Source: Acidimicrobiia bacterium (lineage in GTDB: Bacteria; Acidobacteriota; Vicinamibacteria; Vicinamibacterales; UBA2999). Taken from it: a DNA stretch of 64,000 bases. The translations under genes and the position numbers were made by a program. Below the pieces are notes generated by a model that had not been told where the DNA came from, did not search any database, and saw nothing but the letters and a program-made list of their open reading frames with translations. How positions within the stretch are numbered: the stretch's first letter is position 1; the number at the start of each line of letters is the position of its first letter. The stretch is taken from the NCBI GenBank assembly GCA_016871275.1, contig VFZG01000011.1:28800-92799 (forward strand). The letters run 5' to 3'. Of this stretch, positions 38,317 to 48,047 are shown in pieces.

Positions 38317-41160
38317 TCAGACTTGTTTGGAGAGGACGCGATCGAGCTCGCGGCGCTCGGTCGCCGCGTCGAATACCTGGTCCACGATGGCCCGCTGGTT
38401 GGCGGCGTGCCAGGTTGACGAACCTTCCGACGGGCTCGAGTTACGCGAGCGTCCGATGTAGCGGAGCGGATGACGGCCGTCGACGATCGACTCCAGCAAC
38501 GGCCGCACGAACTCCCACGCGCCCATGTTCTCGGGCTCTTCCTGCACCCAGCACACTTCGCGGAGTTTCGCATAGCGCTCGATGACGGCGCGAATCTCCT
38601 CGGCCGGAAAGGGATAGAGCTGCTCGACGCGCACCACCGCGACGTTGGGGTTGTCCTTGCGGCGGTCGCTGGTCAGCAGATCAACGGCAACCTTGCCGCT
38701 GCATAGCGCCAGGCGGCGGACCTTCGCCGGCTGCGCCGCAACCGCCTGGTCGCCCCGCGACTCCGCCCGGGGCGGCCCTGAGCTTGTCGAAGGGTCGTCG
38801 ATGACGTACTGGAACGCGCCTGCCGCGAAGTCGTTCGGCGCCGATGCCGTGAACGGATGGCGGAGCAGGCTTTTCGGCGTCATCACGATCAACGGCAGCG
38901 GATCGGTGGTCAGCAGGTGCGCCTGCCGGCGCAGCAGGTGAAAGTACTGCGCCGCGGTGGTGCAATTCGCGATGCGCAGGTTGGTGTCGGCCGCGGCGTT
39001 CAGGAAGCGCTCGAGCCGCGCGCTCGAGTGATCCGGTCCCTGACCTTCGTAGCCATGGGGGAGCAGCAGCACCAGTGACGGCGCCATGCCCCACTTCGCG
39101 CGGCCCGACGTCAGGTATTCGTCGAGGACGATCTGCGCGCCGTTGATGAAGTCGCCGTACTGCGCTTCCCACAGCACCAGCCGCGCCGGTTCCTGCAGGT
39201 TGTAGCCAAGCTCGAAGCCCACGCACGCGTATTCGGAGAGCGGGCTGTTCCTGATCTCGAACGACGCCCTGGCCTGCGGCAGCGACTGCAAGGGCAGGTG
39301 CTCTTCGCCGGACACCGCGTCGTGGTACACGGCGTGGCGATGGCTGAAGGTGCCGCGCTCGACGTCTTCGCCGGTGAAGCGAATCGGCACGCCGTCGGCC
39401 AGGATCGTCGCCAGGGCCAGCTCTTCGGCCGACGCCCAGTCGATCGCGCGTTCGGTGGGCGACGCCAACATCGCCCTGCGCCGCTCGCGGCCGCGCTCCA
39501 GCTTGCGATGCACCGAGAACCCCTCGGGAACCTTCATCAAGGCGTCGTTGATCGCCTGCAGCGTGGCGATCGGCACGGCGGTCTTCGCCTTCCTGGCCGC
39601 GCCACTCGGCGGGATGTCCGGCACCGGCGCGACGTAATCCTGCTCCGGCTTGACCGACGCGTAGGCGCGCTCGAGCTCCGCCATCCGCTGCCGGACCAGA
39701 CCGTCGGCGTGCTGCTGCGTGACGACTCCGGATTCGACCAGCGCCTTGGCGTACTGCTCGCGAACCGTCGGGTGCGCCTGGACGAGCTGGTAGATCTGCG
39801 GCTGCGTGAACGCCGGCTCATCGCCCTCGTTGTGGCCGTACTTGCGATAGCCGACCAGATCGATCAGGTAGTCGAGCTTGAAGCGGTGGCGGTAGGCAAT
39901 CGCCAGCCGCGCCGCTTCAATGCACGCGACCGGGTCGTCGGCATTGACGTGCGTGATCGGAATCTTGAAGCCGCGGGCCAGGCCGCTGGCATAGCTGGTG
40001 CTGAACGACTCGCCGGGATCGGTCGTGAACCCGAGCTGGTTGTTCGCGATGATGTGAATGACGCCGCCCACGTCGTAACCGGCCAGGCGCGACAAATTCA
40101 GCGTTTCCGCGACGATGCCTTGACCGGGGAATGCGGCGTCGCCGTGGATCAGGATGGCGAGCACCTTGCCCTTGTCGACCAGCGGTGCGCCAGGCCGATC
40201 GGCGGTCGTCGCGGCGGCGCGCGCCATGCCGTTCAACACCGGATCCACCGCTTCGAGGTGGCTCGGGTTCGGCGGCATCGAAATGACCACCTGCTTCGGC
40301 AGGCCGTCGGGCCGGGCCTCGACGCGGGCGCCGGCGTGATACTTCACGTCGCCCATCCAGCCAAGGTCGACCCGCAGGCGGTTGCCGGGAATCGGATCCT
40401 TGAACTCGGCCAGGACCTGCGTGTACGGCTTCTGCAGGATGTGCGCGAGCACGTTCAGCCGGCCGCGATGCGCCATCGCGATCATCACGTGCTGCACGCC
40501 GCCTTCCGCGGCGTCGTGCACGATCTCATCGAGGATCGGGACCATCATGTCGAGGCCCTCGATCGAGAAACGCGTCTTGCCGGGGAAGGTGCGGTGCAGG
40601 AACCGTTCGAACGTTTCGACTTGCGTGATGCGATCGAGCAGCTCCTGGCCGTCGATCGGGTCGTTGGGCGGGCGGAATTGGCCGGCCTCGACGGCCTGTC
40701 GCAGCCAGACGCGCTCCTCCGGCACGAACACGTGGTGGTAGTCGTGACCCGTGGTCGAACAGTACATCTGCCGAAGGTTGGCGATCGCCTCGAACGCGTT
40801 CGCCGCGCCGTTGGCCGCCGGTCCCGACACGATCGACGCGGGCAGTCTCTTCAGCGTGTCGCTGGTCAGTCCGTGCGACTGCGGCGCCAGCGAGGGATCG
40901 CCAATCGGATCGTGAAAGCCGAGCGGATCGAGACGGGCGGCCAGATGTCCGAAGCGTCGAATCGATTCGGCGAGGGTATGTGCGGCAATCGCGGCGTCTA
41001 CCGGTTCCCCGCCTGGGCGCCCGGAGGGCGCCACGGCGGGCCAGGTAGCGAACGCGCGGCGCGTGGCCTCGTCAACCGACGAAGGATCGCGCTGGTAGCG
41101 CTCGAACAACTCGTGGACATACCCCGCGTTGGCCCCTGAAAACTGATTCCACGGGTTCAT
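38317..41160 (-). CDS. sucA: 2-oxoglutarate dehydrogenase E1 component
   Basis: 947 aa. [23 protein letters not shown]-terminus. ThDP region [20 protein letters not shown] and [23 protein letters not shown]. Confidence 0.95.
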   Translation of the reverse strand: MNPWNQFSGANAGYVHELFERYQRDPSSVDEATRRAFATWPAVAPSGRPGGEPVDAAIAAHTLAESIRRFGHLAARLDPLGFHDPIGDPSLAPQSHGLTSDTLKRLPASIVSGPAANGAANAFEAIANLRQMYCSTTGHDYHHVFVPEERVWLRQAVEAGQFRPPNDPIDGQELLDRITQVETFERFLHRTFPGKTRFSIEGLDMMVPILDEIVHDAAEGGVQHVMIAMAHRGRLNVLAHILQKPYTQVLAEFKDPIPGNRLRVDLGWMGDVKYHAGARVEARPDGLPKQVVISMPPNPSHLEAVDPVLNGMARAAATTADRPGAPLVDKGKVLAILIHGDAAFPGQGIVAETLNLSRLAGYDVGGVIHIIANNQLGFTTDPGESFSTSYASGLARGFKIPITHVNADDPVACIEAARLAIAYRHRFKLDYLIDLVGYRKYGHNEGDEPAFTQPQIYQLVQAHPTVREQYAKALVESGVVTQQHADGLVRQRMAELERAYASVKPEQDYVAPVPDIPPSGAARKAKTAVPIATLQAINDALMKVPEGFSVHRKLERGRERRRAMLASPTERAIDWASAEELALATILADGVPIRFTGEDVERGTFSHRHAVYHDAVSGEEHLPLQSLPQARASFEIRNSPLSEYACVGFELGYNLQEPARLVLWEAQYGDFINGAQIVLDEYLTSGRAKWGMAPSLVLLLPHGYEGQGPDHSSARLERFLNAAADTNLRIANCTTAAQYFHLLRRQAHLLTTDPLPLIVMTPKSLLRHPFTASAPNDFAAGAFQYVIDDPSTSSGPPRAESRGDQAVAAQPAKVRRLALCSGKVAVDLLTSDRRKDNPNVAVVRVEQLYPFPAEEIRAVIERYAKLREVCWVQEEPENMGAWEFVRPLLESIVDGRHPLRYIGRSRNSSPSEGSSTWHAANQRAIVDQVFDAATERRELDRVLSKQV

Positions 41161-41381
41161 AACCTTTCTACTGTATCAGGTTGGCACGGCGCCATTTCTG
41201 CACACTCCTGTACACACTCATACAGCCCACTTCAGCACTTACCGATCGCCCGAGGTCATGGGTAATGGCTGCGGCCAGGCCGGCGCCAACCTCGCTTTCC
41301 CCAAGTTCCTGTTCGTCATCGCGCGCGCGGATGACGACGCGCATGGCTCGCGGCGGCGCGTCGCCGCGGCGCTCGGGACGC

Positions 41382-41744
41382 TTGAGCAGGAACGCGATCG
41401 TCATGCCGATCCGCAAGACGCCCGAGCGGTGGCAGAAGACCACGCTCGAGCGCCACGCGTATTTCTATCCGCGCGTCGACCACGCCAGCGGCACGCCGGT
41501 GCCTGGACACGCGCGTGCCGCGGAGAAGGGCATTCCGTGTCTGTTCCGGCGGGTGTTCCACGACCCGGACGGCTACCAGAGCAACGGTGAGTTCGACTTC
41601 GTCACCTACTTCGAGTGTGACGATGAGTCGCTGCCGGTGTTCGATCAGGTGCTGATGTCACGCCGGGATCTTCAGCAGAACCCGGAGTGGCCATACGTCG
41701 AGGAAGGCCCCATGTGGAGGGGACGACGGGTGCTGCGGTGGTAA
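41382..41744 (+). CDS. Small conserved-looking hypothetical protein (possibly ferredoxin-like/Dabb fold)
   Basis: ...IVMPIRKTPERWQKTTLERHAYFYP...FDFVTYFECDDESLPVFDQVLMSRRDLQQNPEWPYVEEGPMWRGRRV. Start uncertain (TTG 41382 or ATG 41403). The upstream part of the track ORF looks non-coding. Confidence 0.35.
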   Translation: MSRNAIVMPIRKTPERWQKTTLERHAYFYPRVDHASGTPVPGHARAAEKGIPCLFRRVFHDPDGYQSNGEFDFVTYFECDDESLPVFDQVLMSRRDLQQNPEWPYVEEGPMWRGRRVLRW

Positions 41745-41745
41745 G

Positions 41746-41812
41746 CGAGAAGTGAGAAGCAAGAAGTGAGAAGCAAGAAGTGACGAGTACTTCCTGCTTC
41801 TCACCTCTCACT
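41746..41812. terminator. Word hairpin built from GAGAAGT/GAGAAGC/AAGAAGT heptamers and their complements
   Basis: gagaagcaagaagt-gacgagt-acttcctgcttctc forms a 14-bp stem with one mismatch, flanked by more words. Lies between convergent stops (41744 and 41813). Confidence 0.6.
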
Positions 41813-42865
41813 TCAATGTGCCACCTCCTTCAGGTGGTCGCGTAGCACATCCCGTCCGAAATCACCGTTGAAGTCACGCCACACCGAGTGGATGTGATTG
41901 CCGTTGTTCTGCGTGTTGTCGTATTCGATCAGGAACGACGGCCCCTGCACCATGTAGTAGTGCTTCTTGCCCTTCTCGGTTTCGCCGAGCCACGCGAAGC
42001 GGATCTTGTCGAGACCGCCGGCCTTGATGCGGGCCAGGCGCTCGGCGGCGAGGTCGGCTTCCATGTTGCCGGTGTAGACCTCGATCAATTGCATCAGCAG
42101 CGCCTGCTGCTGCGCCGGCAGCGCCGAGTACAACACCCCCTGGTCGGGCAGCGGCGTGATGTCGTGCTTGTTCATCGTCACGATGTCGCTCGGCGCGACC
42201 GGATTGGCGATCGCCTGCTTCTGCAGGTCGGCCGACAGCGCCAGGACCAGCGCGCGGCCGGCATCCTCTTCGGCGGCGAGCACGCGCCAGCCCTTCTTGT
42301 CGCCGTCACGCACCTCGGCCGGGTTGGTGCCGAGGAACATCGGCGAGCTCGAGACGTCGCCTGTCGCCGCGCCGTTGACGACCGCGACACGCAGCGAGAC
42401 GTGATGGCCCTCCACGCGCCAGCCCCAGCTGCCCTTGGGCCCGGGCGCGCCGAACACGGTGAAGTAATACTGCTCCTTGTCACGAGGGAACTTGCCGCCG
42501 TTTTCGAGGAGGCGAAGGATGTCCTCGAGCTCGATGATGCCGCTGACCTTGGCGTAGCCCTGCGCGCTGAGTCCGCTGCGCAGCAGGTCGTGCGCGAGAC
42601 GCCGCTGGGTCTCGTTCATCTCCTTGATCATCAGCCCCTTGCGCGGAAACATCTCGTTGGGGACGAAATGCCAGCGCAGCCGGTCGTCGCTTTCGAACGG
42701 CATCACGCCCCTGGCCTTCTGCTCGGCGCTCAGGCTGTCGACGAACGTGGTCGCGGCGTTCGCCATCGCGGCGGCGCTCTTCTGTGAAGCAATGGCGACA
42801 CTGCCGGCAAAAACGGCCAGCAGCGCGGCGGCAACGGCGAGTCTGAGCACCGTGAGACGGCTCAT
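41813..42865 (-). CDS. Secreted DUF3500-family protein
   Basis: Signal peptide. FVDSLSAEQKARGVMPFESDDRLRWHFVP, GHHVSLRV and HIHSVWRDFNGDFG match my recollection of DUF3500. Confidence 0.75.
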   Translation of the reverse strand: MSRLTVLRLAVAAALLAVFAGSVAIASQKSAAAMANAATTFVDSLSAEQKARGVMPFESDDRLRWHFVPNEMFPRKGLMIKEMNETQRRLAHDLLRSGLSAQGYAKVSGIIELEDILRLLENGGKFPRDKEQYYFTVFGAPGPKGSWGWRVEGHHVSLRVAVVNGAATGDVSSSPMFLGTNPAEVRDGDKKGWRVLAAEEDAGRALVLALSADLQKQAIANPVAPSDIVTMNKHDITPLPDQGVLYSALPAQQQALLMQLIEVYTGNMEADLAAERLARIKAGGLDKIRFAWLGETEKGKKHYYMVQGPSFLIEYDNTQNNGNHIHSVWRDFNGDFGRDVLRDHLKEVAH

Positions 42866-42896
42866 GGAACCTCCAGCCGCAGAGTCTACAACGGGT

Positions 42897-44174
42897 CTAC
42901 TTGAACGTCACGCCCATGCCGAAGTGGTAGTGCGTGTCGCCAGCGCGGGAGCGGGCCACGTCGAGTGACACGCTGAGGATGGTCATGTGCAGGTAGACGC
43001 CGCCGCCGATGCCGCGATGGACGAGGTCCTGGTCCGTCAGCTTCGCGCCGGCGCCGTAGACGGTGCCGGCGTCCACGAACGCCTTGATGCCGAAGCGGCC
43101 GAAATTCAGCGGTGACGTGATCGGCAGGCGGACCTCCGCGGACACCGCCATCAGGTTGTCGCCCGCCTCGAACCCCGCGTCGTAACCGCGCAGGTCGGCC
43201 GCGCCGCCGAGCAGCACATGCTCGTAGGGCGGCAGCGCGCGGTCGGTGGTGATGCTGAGACCCCGCACGGCCAGCACCGACTGACCGAACAGGCCGAGGT
43301 AGCCGCGCACGTCCGCCTGACGCTGCCGCGCCCCGCCGGCGTCGAACGTCAGACGGTCGAGACCGACCGTGGCGTGAATCGCATTGCGCGGGAACGCGGG
43401 ATCGACGCGCGTGTCGATGGTGACGTCGCCGCCGATGCGCCTGACGGTGTCCTCCGCGGTTCCGAACCTGACCTCCTCCGACCGGCCGCCGGCGCCAAGG
43501 CGCAGCCAGCGCGCCGGCGCCGATTCGAGCCGCACGCCGAAGCCCACCCTGCGATCGGCGACTTCGTAGTGCGGGTTCTCGCGGCGCAGGGTGCCGAATT
43601 CGCCCGATACCCGCTCGATGGGGCCCGCCGTGAACGACCGCTCGAGCTGCACCTTCGCCTGGCGCTCGCCACCCCAGGTCACCGGGATCGAAATACGGCT
43701 GCGCGGTCCCAGGCGATCGACAAAACTGGTGCGCACGCCGTAGGTGAATCCGTAGCCGTCTTCGGAGTGCAGGATCGGCAGGAACATGCCGCTGCTCCAG
43801 AACTTCTTCATCGGGCCCGGCGTGAGGTCCAGTGCATCGATGCCCGGCACTTCGTTGACCATGACCATCAGGAGAATGTCGTCCGGGTGTTCGATCGATC
43901 GAAAACGCTTCCGGACCTCGACATCGTCGAACCGCCCGCTGCGCTCGAGCTTGATCTGCACCTCCGCGATCAGTTGATCGGTTGCGGGCTTGCCGACGAC
44001 GTCGCCGACGAGGTCGAGGATGTCGGCATCGGGCGTGGTGTGATTGCCGTGTACGCGAACCTCGCCGACCACGCCGGGAGAAGTCTGACCGGACGCGGTC
44101 GCGGCCGACAGCGCCAGAGCCGCGAGGACCAGCGAACTCTTCAGCCGTTGAACCCTCGAGCCCGTGACCCTCAT
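42897..44174 (-). CDS. Omp85-family outer-membrane beta-barrel with a single POTRA-like domain
   Basis: ATG 44174 (ATGA overlap with the upstream stop). Signal peptide ...LAALALSAATASGQ. VGEVRVHGNHTTPDADILDLVG...ERSGRFDDVEV (POTRA). The barrel ends HYHFGMGVTFK. Confidence 0.75.
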   Translation of the reverse strand: MRVTGSRVQRLKSSLVLAALALSAATASGQTSPGVVGEVRVHGNHTTPDADILDLVGDVVGKPATDQLIAEVQIKLERSGRFDDVEVRKRFRSIEHPDDILLMVMVNEVPGIDALDLTPGPMKKFWSSGMFLPILHSEDGYGFTYGVRTSFVDRLGPRSRISIPVTWGGERQAKVQLERSFTAGPIERVSGEFGTLRRENPHYEVADRRVGFGVRLESAPARWLRLGAGGRSEEVRFGTAEDTVRRIGGDVTIDTRVDPAFPRNAIHATVGLDRLTFDAGGARQRQADVRGYLGLFGQSVLAVRGLSITTDRALPPYEHVLLGGAADLRGYDAGFEAGDNLMAVSAEVRLPITSPLNFGRFGIKAFVDAGTVYGAGAKLTDQDLVHRGIGGGVYLHMTILSVSLDVARSRAGDTHYHFGMGVTFK

Positions 44175-45196
44175 TTGATCCTGTAGGACACGGCGGCTTC
44201 TTGGTAGTTCTGATACGCCACGCGATACGCCGCGTCGACGGCGCCGACCGCCAGCATCATCTCGAACTGCATTTCGATGCTGCTCGGCAGCCACACGTTG
44301 GGGAACGCCTGTCCCATCTGCATCGTCGCCCGGACGCCGCCGACCCGCACCAGCGCGCGGCCGGGGAAGAAGTCCCAGTCCATGTCCTCGAAGGTGTACT
44401 GCAGGATCTGGTGGCGCGTGGGATCGACCCACAGCGTCACCATCGAGGCCTTGTTCATCTTCTTTTCGAACCGTTCATCGTCGTCTTTGACCCGCCGATC
44501 GGGCTTGGAGCGTCCGTCCTTGAAGAGGCCAGACTGCGGGTAGTACTCGATCTTCAATGTGTCGACGCCGTTGATCTGCTCGCGCCCGGCCAGCGCGTAC
44601 TTGCCGGACTCGAACCGGAACTTGAGGAAGTAGGCCGATGACACGAACTGCGGCTCGCGCACCTGCTTGAGCATGTCCTCGGTGTTGGTGATCGGCGTGG
44701 TCTGATCGCGCGGCTCGCGATCGTCAGACGAGTTCACCTGCACGCCGGCCGGCGTGATGGCGACGCTGGTCGACTGTTCGTCGGCCTGTTCGCCCCGCGC
44801 GCGCCGTTCGGCGCGGCGGCGCTCGTTCGCCTCGCGGTTCTGCTGGCGGCGCAGCCAGTTGGCTTCTTCCCTGCGGCGATCCTCTTCCGACAGCTTCACG
44901 CCGTTGGCCGCGACCGGGCTGCGGACGAAAATGCCGTCGCGAATGAACCACGTGTATTCGCGCCGCATGCCCCAGAGCGGCAAGCGGCCCGGGCCGGTGA
45001 TGTCGAACGCCTCTCTTTCCTCGAGGACGTACTGCTGGAGCTTCTTCCAGTTGTCGTCCCGCCGTGCGAGCACCTTCTCCATGAAGGCATCGAGGTCGCT
45101 TGGCGCCACCGAAGGCTCCAGGGCCGCAGAAGGCACAGCAGGCACAACCCCAGCCAACGCAATGCAAAGCAGCGCCAGGACAGATTCGTGAAGCAT
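44171..45196 (-). CDS. Secreted hypothetical protein, possibly LolA-like (outer-membrane lipoprotein-sorting fold) with a charged Arg/Glu insert
   Basis: ATG 45196 follows GAGGGA. Signal peptide MLHESVLALLCIALAGVVPAVPSAA. Charged block EEDRRREEANWLRRQQNREANERRRAERRARGEQ. The C-terminal beta-rich part resembles LolA-like proteins (weak). Confidence 0.45.
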   Translation of the reverse strand: MLHESVLALLCIALAGVVPAVPSAALEPSVAPSDLDAFMEKVLARRDDNWKKLQQYVLEEREAFDITGPGRLPLWGMRREYTWFIRDGIFVRSPVAANGVKLSEEDRRREEANWLRRQQNREANERRRAERRARGEQADEQSTSVAITPAGVQVNSSDDREPRDQTTPITNTEDMLKQVREPQFVSSAYFLKFRFESGKYALAGREQINGVDTLKIEYYPQSGLFKDGRSKPDRRVKDDDERFEKKMNKASMVTLWVDPTRHQILQYTFEDMDWDFFPGRALVRVGGVRATMQMGQAFPNVWLPSSIEMQFEMMLAVGAVDAAYRVAYQNYQEAAVSYRIK

Positions 45197-45290
45197 GGAA
45201 TCCCTCGAATGTGACGAGCGGCTGCGACCGATGGTTCGCCGGTCTGAGCGATCGGTGCCTGCTGCGGCCCTGGTCGCGCGTCTGAGCATT

Positions 45291-47036
45291 CTACTGCGCG
45301 GTCGTGTTCTCAGGCGGATCGCGGCGGTATACGACCTTGCCGTCGGCGATCGTCACGGCCACATCCGCGGTCGTCAGGCGGCTGGCGGGCCCTGAAAAGA
45401 TGTCGTCGGTGAGGACGACGATGTCGGCGAGCATGTCCCTGGCGATCTTGCCTTTGCGCTGATCGTCGAAGGAGGCGAACGCGGCGTCGCTGGTGTAGGC
45501 GTCAATCGCCTTGCGCAACGCGAGCCGCTCCGACGGAATCCAGCCGCCGGCGGGCAGCCCGTCCTGCGTGGTGCGCGTCACCGCGACGTGCAGGCCCTGG
45601 AGCGGATTGAAGGTCATCACCGGCCAGTCGCTGCCGAAGGCAAGCCGGCCACCGGCGCCGGCGATTGATGCCCAAGGCCAGCCGCGTGCCGCGCGGACCT
45701 CGCCGATGTTCGTGCTCCACACGTCGCCCGGCGTGGGGCTCGGCGTGCCGTGCACCGGCTGCATGGCGGCGATCACACCCAGCCTGCCAAAGCGGGGAAT
45801 GTCTGCGGGATCGATGGTCTCGATGTGCTCGATGCGATGGCGGCGGCCACGCTCCGGCGCGGCATTGGCTGCGGCGGCGGCGTCGTACGCGTCCAGCGTC
45901 ATGCGCACCGCGGCGTCGCCGATGGCGTGCGTCATGATCTGCCACCCGCGCCGGTCGAGCATCGTCACGATGGTGTTCAACTGCTCCTGCGTGAATCGCG
46001 CATCGCCCCTGGCGCGACGATTGGCGTACGGTTCGAGCATGGCGGCGGTATGTGATTCGATGACGCCGTCCGCCACCAGCTTGATCGCGCCGGCCTTCAG
46101 CGCGGGATCGTCGGCGAAGCGGGTGCGCACGCGCTCGAGTTCCTCGAGGCCGGCTTCATCCAGCGTGGCGTCGGCGCGCAGCGCCTGATACACCCGCAGT
46201 GTCAGTTCGCCGCGCCTGCGGAGGCGATCGTACAACGCGAGATCGGTGGCCGGTCCGCCGGCGTCTTGCACGCTGGTGATGCCGAGGCGATGCGCCTGTG
46301 CCATGGCGGCACGAATCGCGGCCAGGCGATCCTCTTCCGATGGTCGAGGCGCGACCGCGCTCATCAGCGCCATGGCCGCTTCCTTGAGCGCGCCGGTCGG
46401 CTGACCGGTGCGCGGATCCTTCACGATCACGCCGTTGGCCGGCGACGGCGTTGCGCGCGTAATGCCCGCCAGCTGCAGCGCTTTGGTGTTCGCCCAGCCG
46501 GTGTGCCCGTCGTAGGCGATCAGATACGCGGGACGATCGGGCACCACCGAATCGAGCAGTTGTCGCGTCGGCATCGCGCCGTTGAAGGGTTGGTAGTACC
46601 AGCCGCGGCCGGTAACCCAGTCGCGATCGGGATGCGCGTCGGACCAGACGCGCACGGTGTCCCTGATGTCGTCGATGGTGGTGGCGTCGGACAGGTTGAC
46701 CTGGGCGAGCGACAGCCCGCCGCTGACCAGGTGCGCGTGCGAATCATTGAAGCCGGGCACCACCGCACCGCCCTTGGCGTCGATCACCACGGTCTGGGCG
46801 CGGCGGAGGCGCTGCACCTCGCGATTGGTGCCGACCCGGACCACTTTGTTGCCCGTCACCGCGACCGCTTCGGCGAGATCGGCCTGCCCGCCACCCGCAT
46901 AAACCTTGCCGTTGATCACGATCAGGTCCACCGGGCCGTCGTCTTCGCGCTGGGCGCGGACGATGAGACCGGCGATGAACGTCACCCCGACAATGAACGC
47001 CACGGCGTAAGCCGTGAGGCGGGCCGCCATAGGCAA
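45291..47036 (-). CDS. Membrane-anchored amidohydrolase (Amidohydro_3 / YtcJ-like metal-dependent hydrolase)
   Basis: GFNDSHAHLVSGG, IEHIETI and FGSDWPV motifs. N-terminal TM anchor. Confidence 0.85.
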   Translation of the reverse strand: MPMAARLTAYAVAFIVGVTFIAGLIVRAQREDDGPVDLIVINGKVYAGGGQADLAEAVAVTGNKVVRVGTNREVQRLRRAQTVVIDAKGGAVVPGFNDSHAHLVSGGLSLAQVNLSDATTIDDIRDTVRVWSDAHPDRDWVTGRGWYYQPFNGAMPTRQLLDSVVPDRPAYLIAYDGHTGWANTKALQLAGITRATPSPANGVIVKDPRTGQPTGALKEAAMALMSAVAPRPSEEDRLAAIRAAMAQAHRLGITSVQDAGGPATDLALYDRLRRRGELTLRVYQALRADATLDEAGLEELERVRTRFADDPALKAGAIKLVADGVIESHTAAMLEPYANRRARGDARFTQEQLNTIVTMLDRRGWQIMTHAIGDAAVRMTLDAYDAAAAANAAPERGRRHRIEHIETIDPADIPRFGRLGVIAAMQPVHGTPSPTPGDVWSTNIGEVRAARGWPWASIAGAGGRLAFGSDWPVMTFNPLQGLHVAVTRTTQDGLPAGGWIPSERLALRKAIDAYTSDAAFASFDDQRKGKIARDMLADIVVLTDDIFSGPASRLTTADVAVTIADGKVVYRRDPPENTTAQ

Positions 47037-47084
47037 ATTCTAGCGTGTTTCAGCGTGTGGGCGCCGCCGTGTCAATATTTGCGG

Positions 47085-48047
47085 ATGCGGTTCGCCATTC
47101 TCGGCTCGGGTGCGGTGGGTGGATATTTCGGCGCGAAACTCGCGCGGGCAGGACAGGACGTCACCTTCATTGCGCGCGGCGCCCACCTCGACGCCATTCG
47201 CACCACGGGATTGCAAGTGCAAAGCGCCAAGCTCGGCGATTTCACGGTACGTGCCGCCGCGCACAGCGATACCGCGACGGTCGGTCCGGTCGATGTCGTG
47301 ATCGTGTCGGTGAAGGCGTACGACAACGCCACCGCGCTGCCGATGCTCGCGCCGATGATCGGTCCAAAGACCGTCGTGCTGACGTTGCAGAACGGCGTCG
47401 ACAGCAGCGATCAGGTCGCGGCGGTGGTCGGGGAACGTCATGTGCTTGGCGGCACGACCTATGTCGCGACCGCGCTCGAGGGTCCCGGCCTGATCGTGCA
47501 GACCGGCGTGCACCGCTCGATCATCTTCGGTGAAGTGTTTGGCTTGCCCGCCGATGCCTCGGCGACGGTGGGGAACGTGAGCCGCATCACGCCGCGCGTG
47601 CAGGCGATCGCCGACGTGCTTGGCGCCGCCGACATTGATGTCACGCCCGTCGCCGATGCGCGCGTGCCGATCTGGGACAAGTTCGTCTACCTCGTCGCCT
47701 TCTCCGGCTTCACCGGCGCGGCGCGGCTGCCGATCGGCCCGGTCTGGCAGCACGAGCACGCGCGCGAGATGTTCGACGCCGCCTCGCGCGAGATCGCGGC
47801 GATCGCGAAGGCGGAAGGCATCACGATTTCCGCGAACCGCTTCGAGACACTGCAGGAATACATGACCAACATCCCGCCCTCGACGCGCTCGTCGCTGTTG
47901 ATCGATCTGCAGATGGGCAAGCGCATCGAAGTCGAGGCGCTGCAGGGTGCCGCCGTGCGCCGCGCCAGGAAGCACGGCGTACCGGTCCCGATCGTATCCA
48001 CGCTCTATGCTCTGTTGAAGCCCTGGGAGCACGGGCCGGCCCAGTAG
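47085..48047 (+). CDS. panE: 2-dehydropantoate 2-reductase (ketopantoate reductase)
   Basis: MRFAILGSGAVGGYFGAKLARAGQDVTFIARG Rossmann start, then SSLLIDLQMGKRIEVEAL. The 5' part of track ORF 46266..48047 is antisense to the amidohydrolase. Confidence 0.8.
   Translation: MRFAILGSGAVGGYFGAKLARAGQDVTFIARGAHLDAIRTTGLQVQSAKLGDFTVRAAAHSDTATVGPVDVVIVSVKAYDNATALPMLAPMIGPKTVVLTLQNGVDSSDQVAAVVGERHVLGGTTYVATALEGPGLIVQTGVHRSIIFGEVFGLPADASATVGNVSRITPRVQAIADVLGAADIDVTPVADARVPIWDKFVYLVAFSGFTGAARLPIGPVWQHEHAREMFDAASREIAAIAKAEGITISANRFETLQEYMTNIPPSTRSSLLIDLQMGKRIEVEALQGAAVRRARKHGVPVPIVSTLYALLKPWEHGPAQ

Noticed and set aside
39298-41139. 613-aa plus-strand ORF
   Set aside because: Antisense to sucA, low-complexity Arg/Ala/Gly sequence. 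GC artefact. The same reasoning applies to 20406..21617, 29535..30899, 8467..9261, 12363..13691, 5827..6750, 51313..52347, 37538..38461, 47040..48134 and other long ORFs opposite well-supported genes.
41178-41200. TGGCACGGCGCC... as a sigma-54 promoter upstream of the small ORF or sucA region
   Set aside because: The downstream GC element is at the wrong spacing (GG-N15-GC instead of GG-N10-GC).
41168-41443. 91-aa minus-strand ORF just upstream of sucA
   Set aside because: It has no family resemblance, overlaps the promoter/leader region of sucA and the better-looking plus-strand small ORF, and is probably non-coding.
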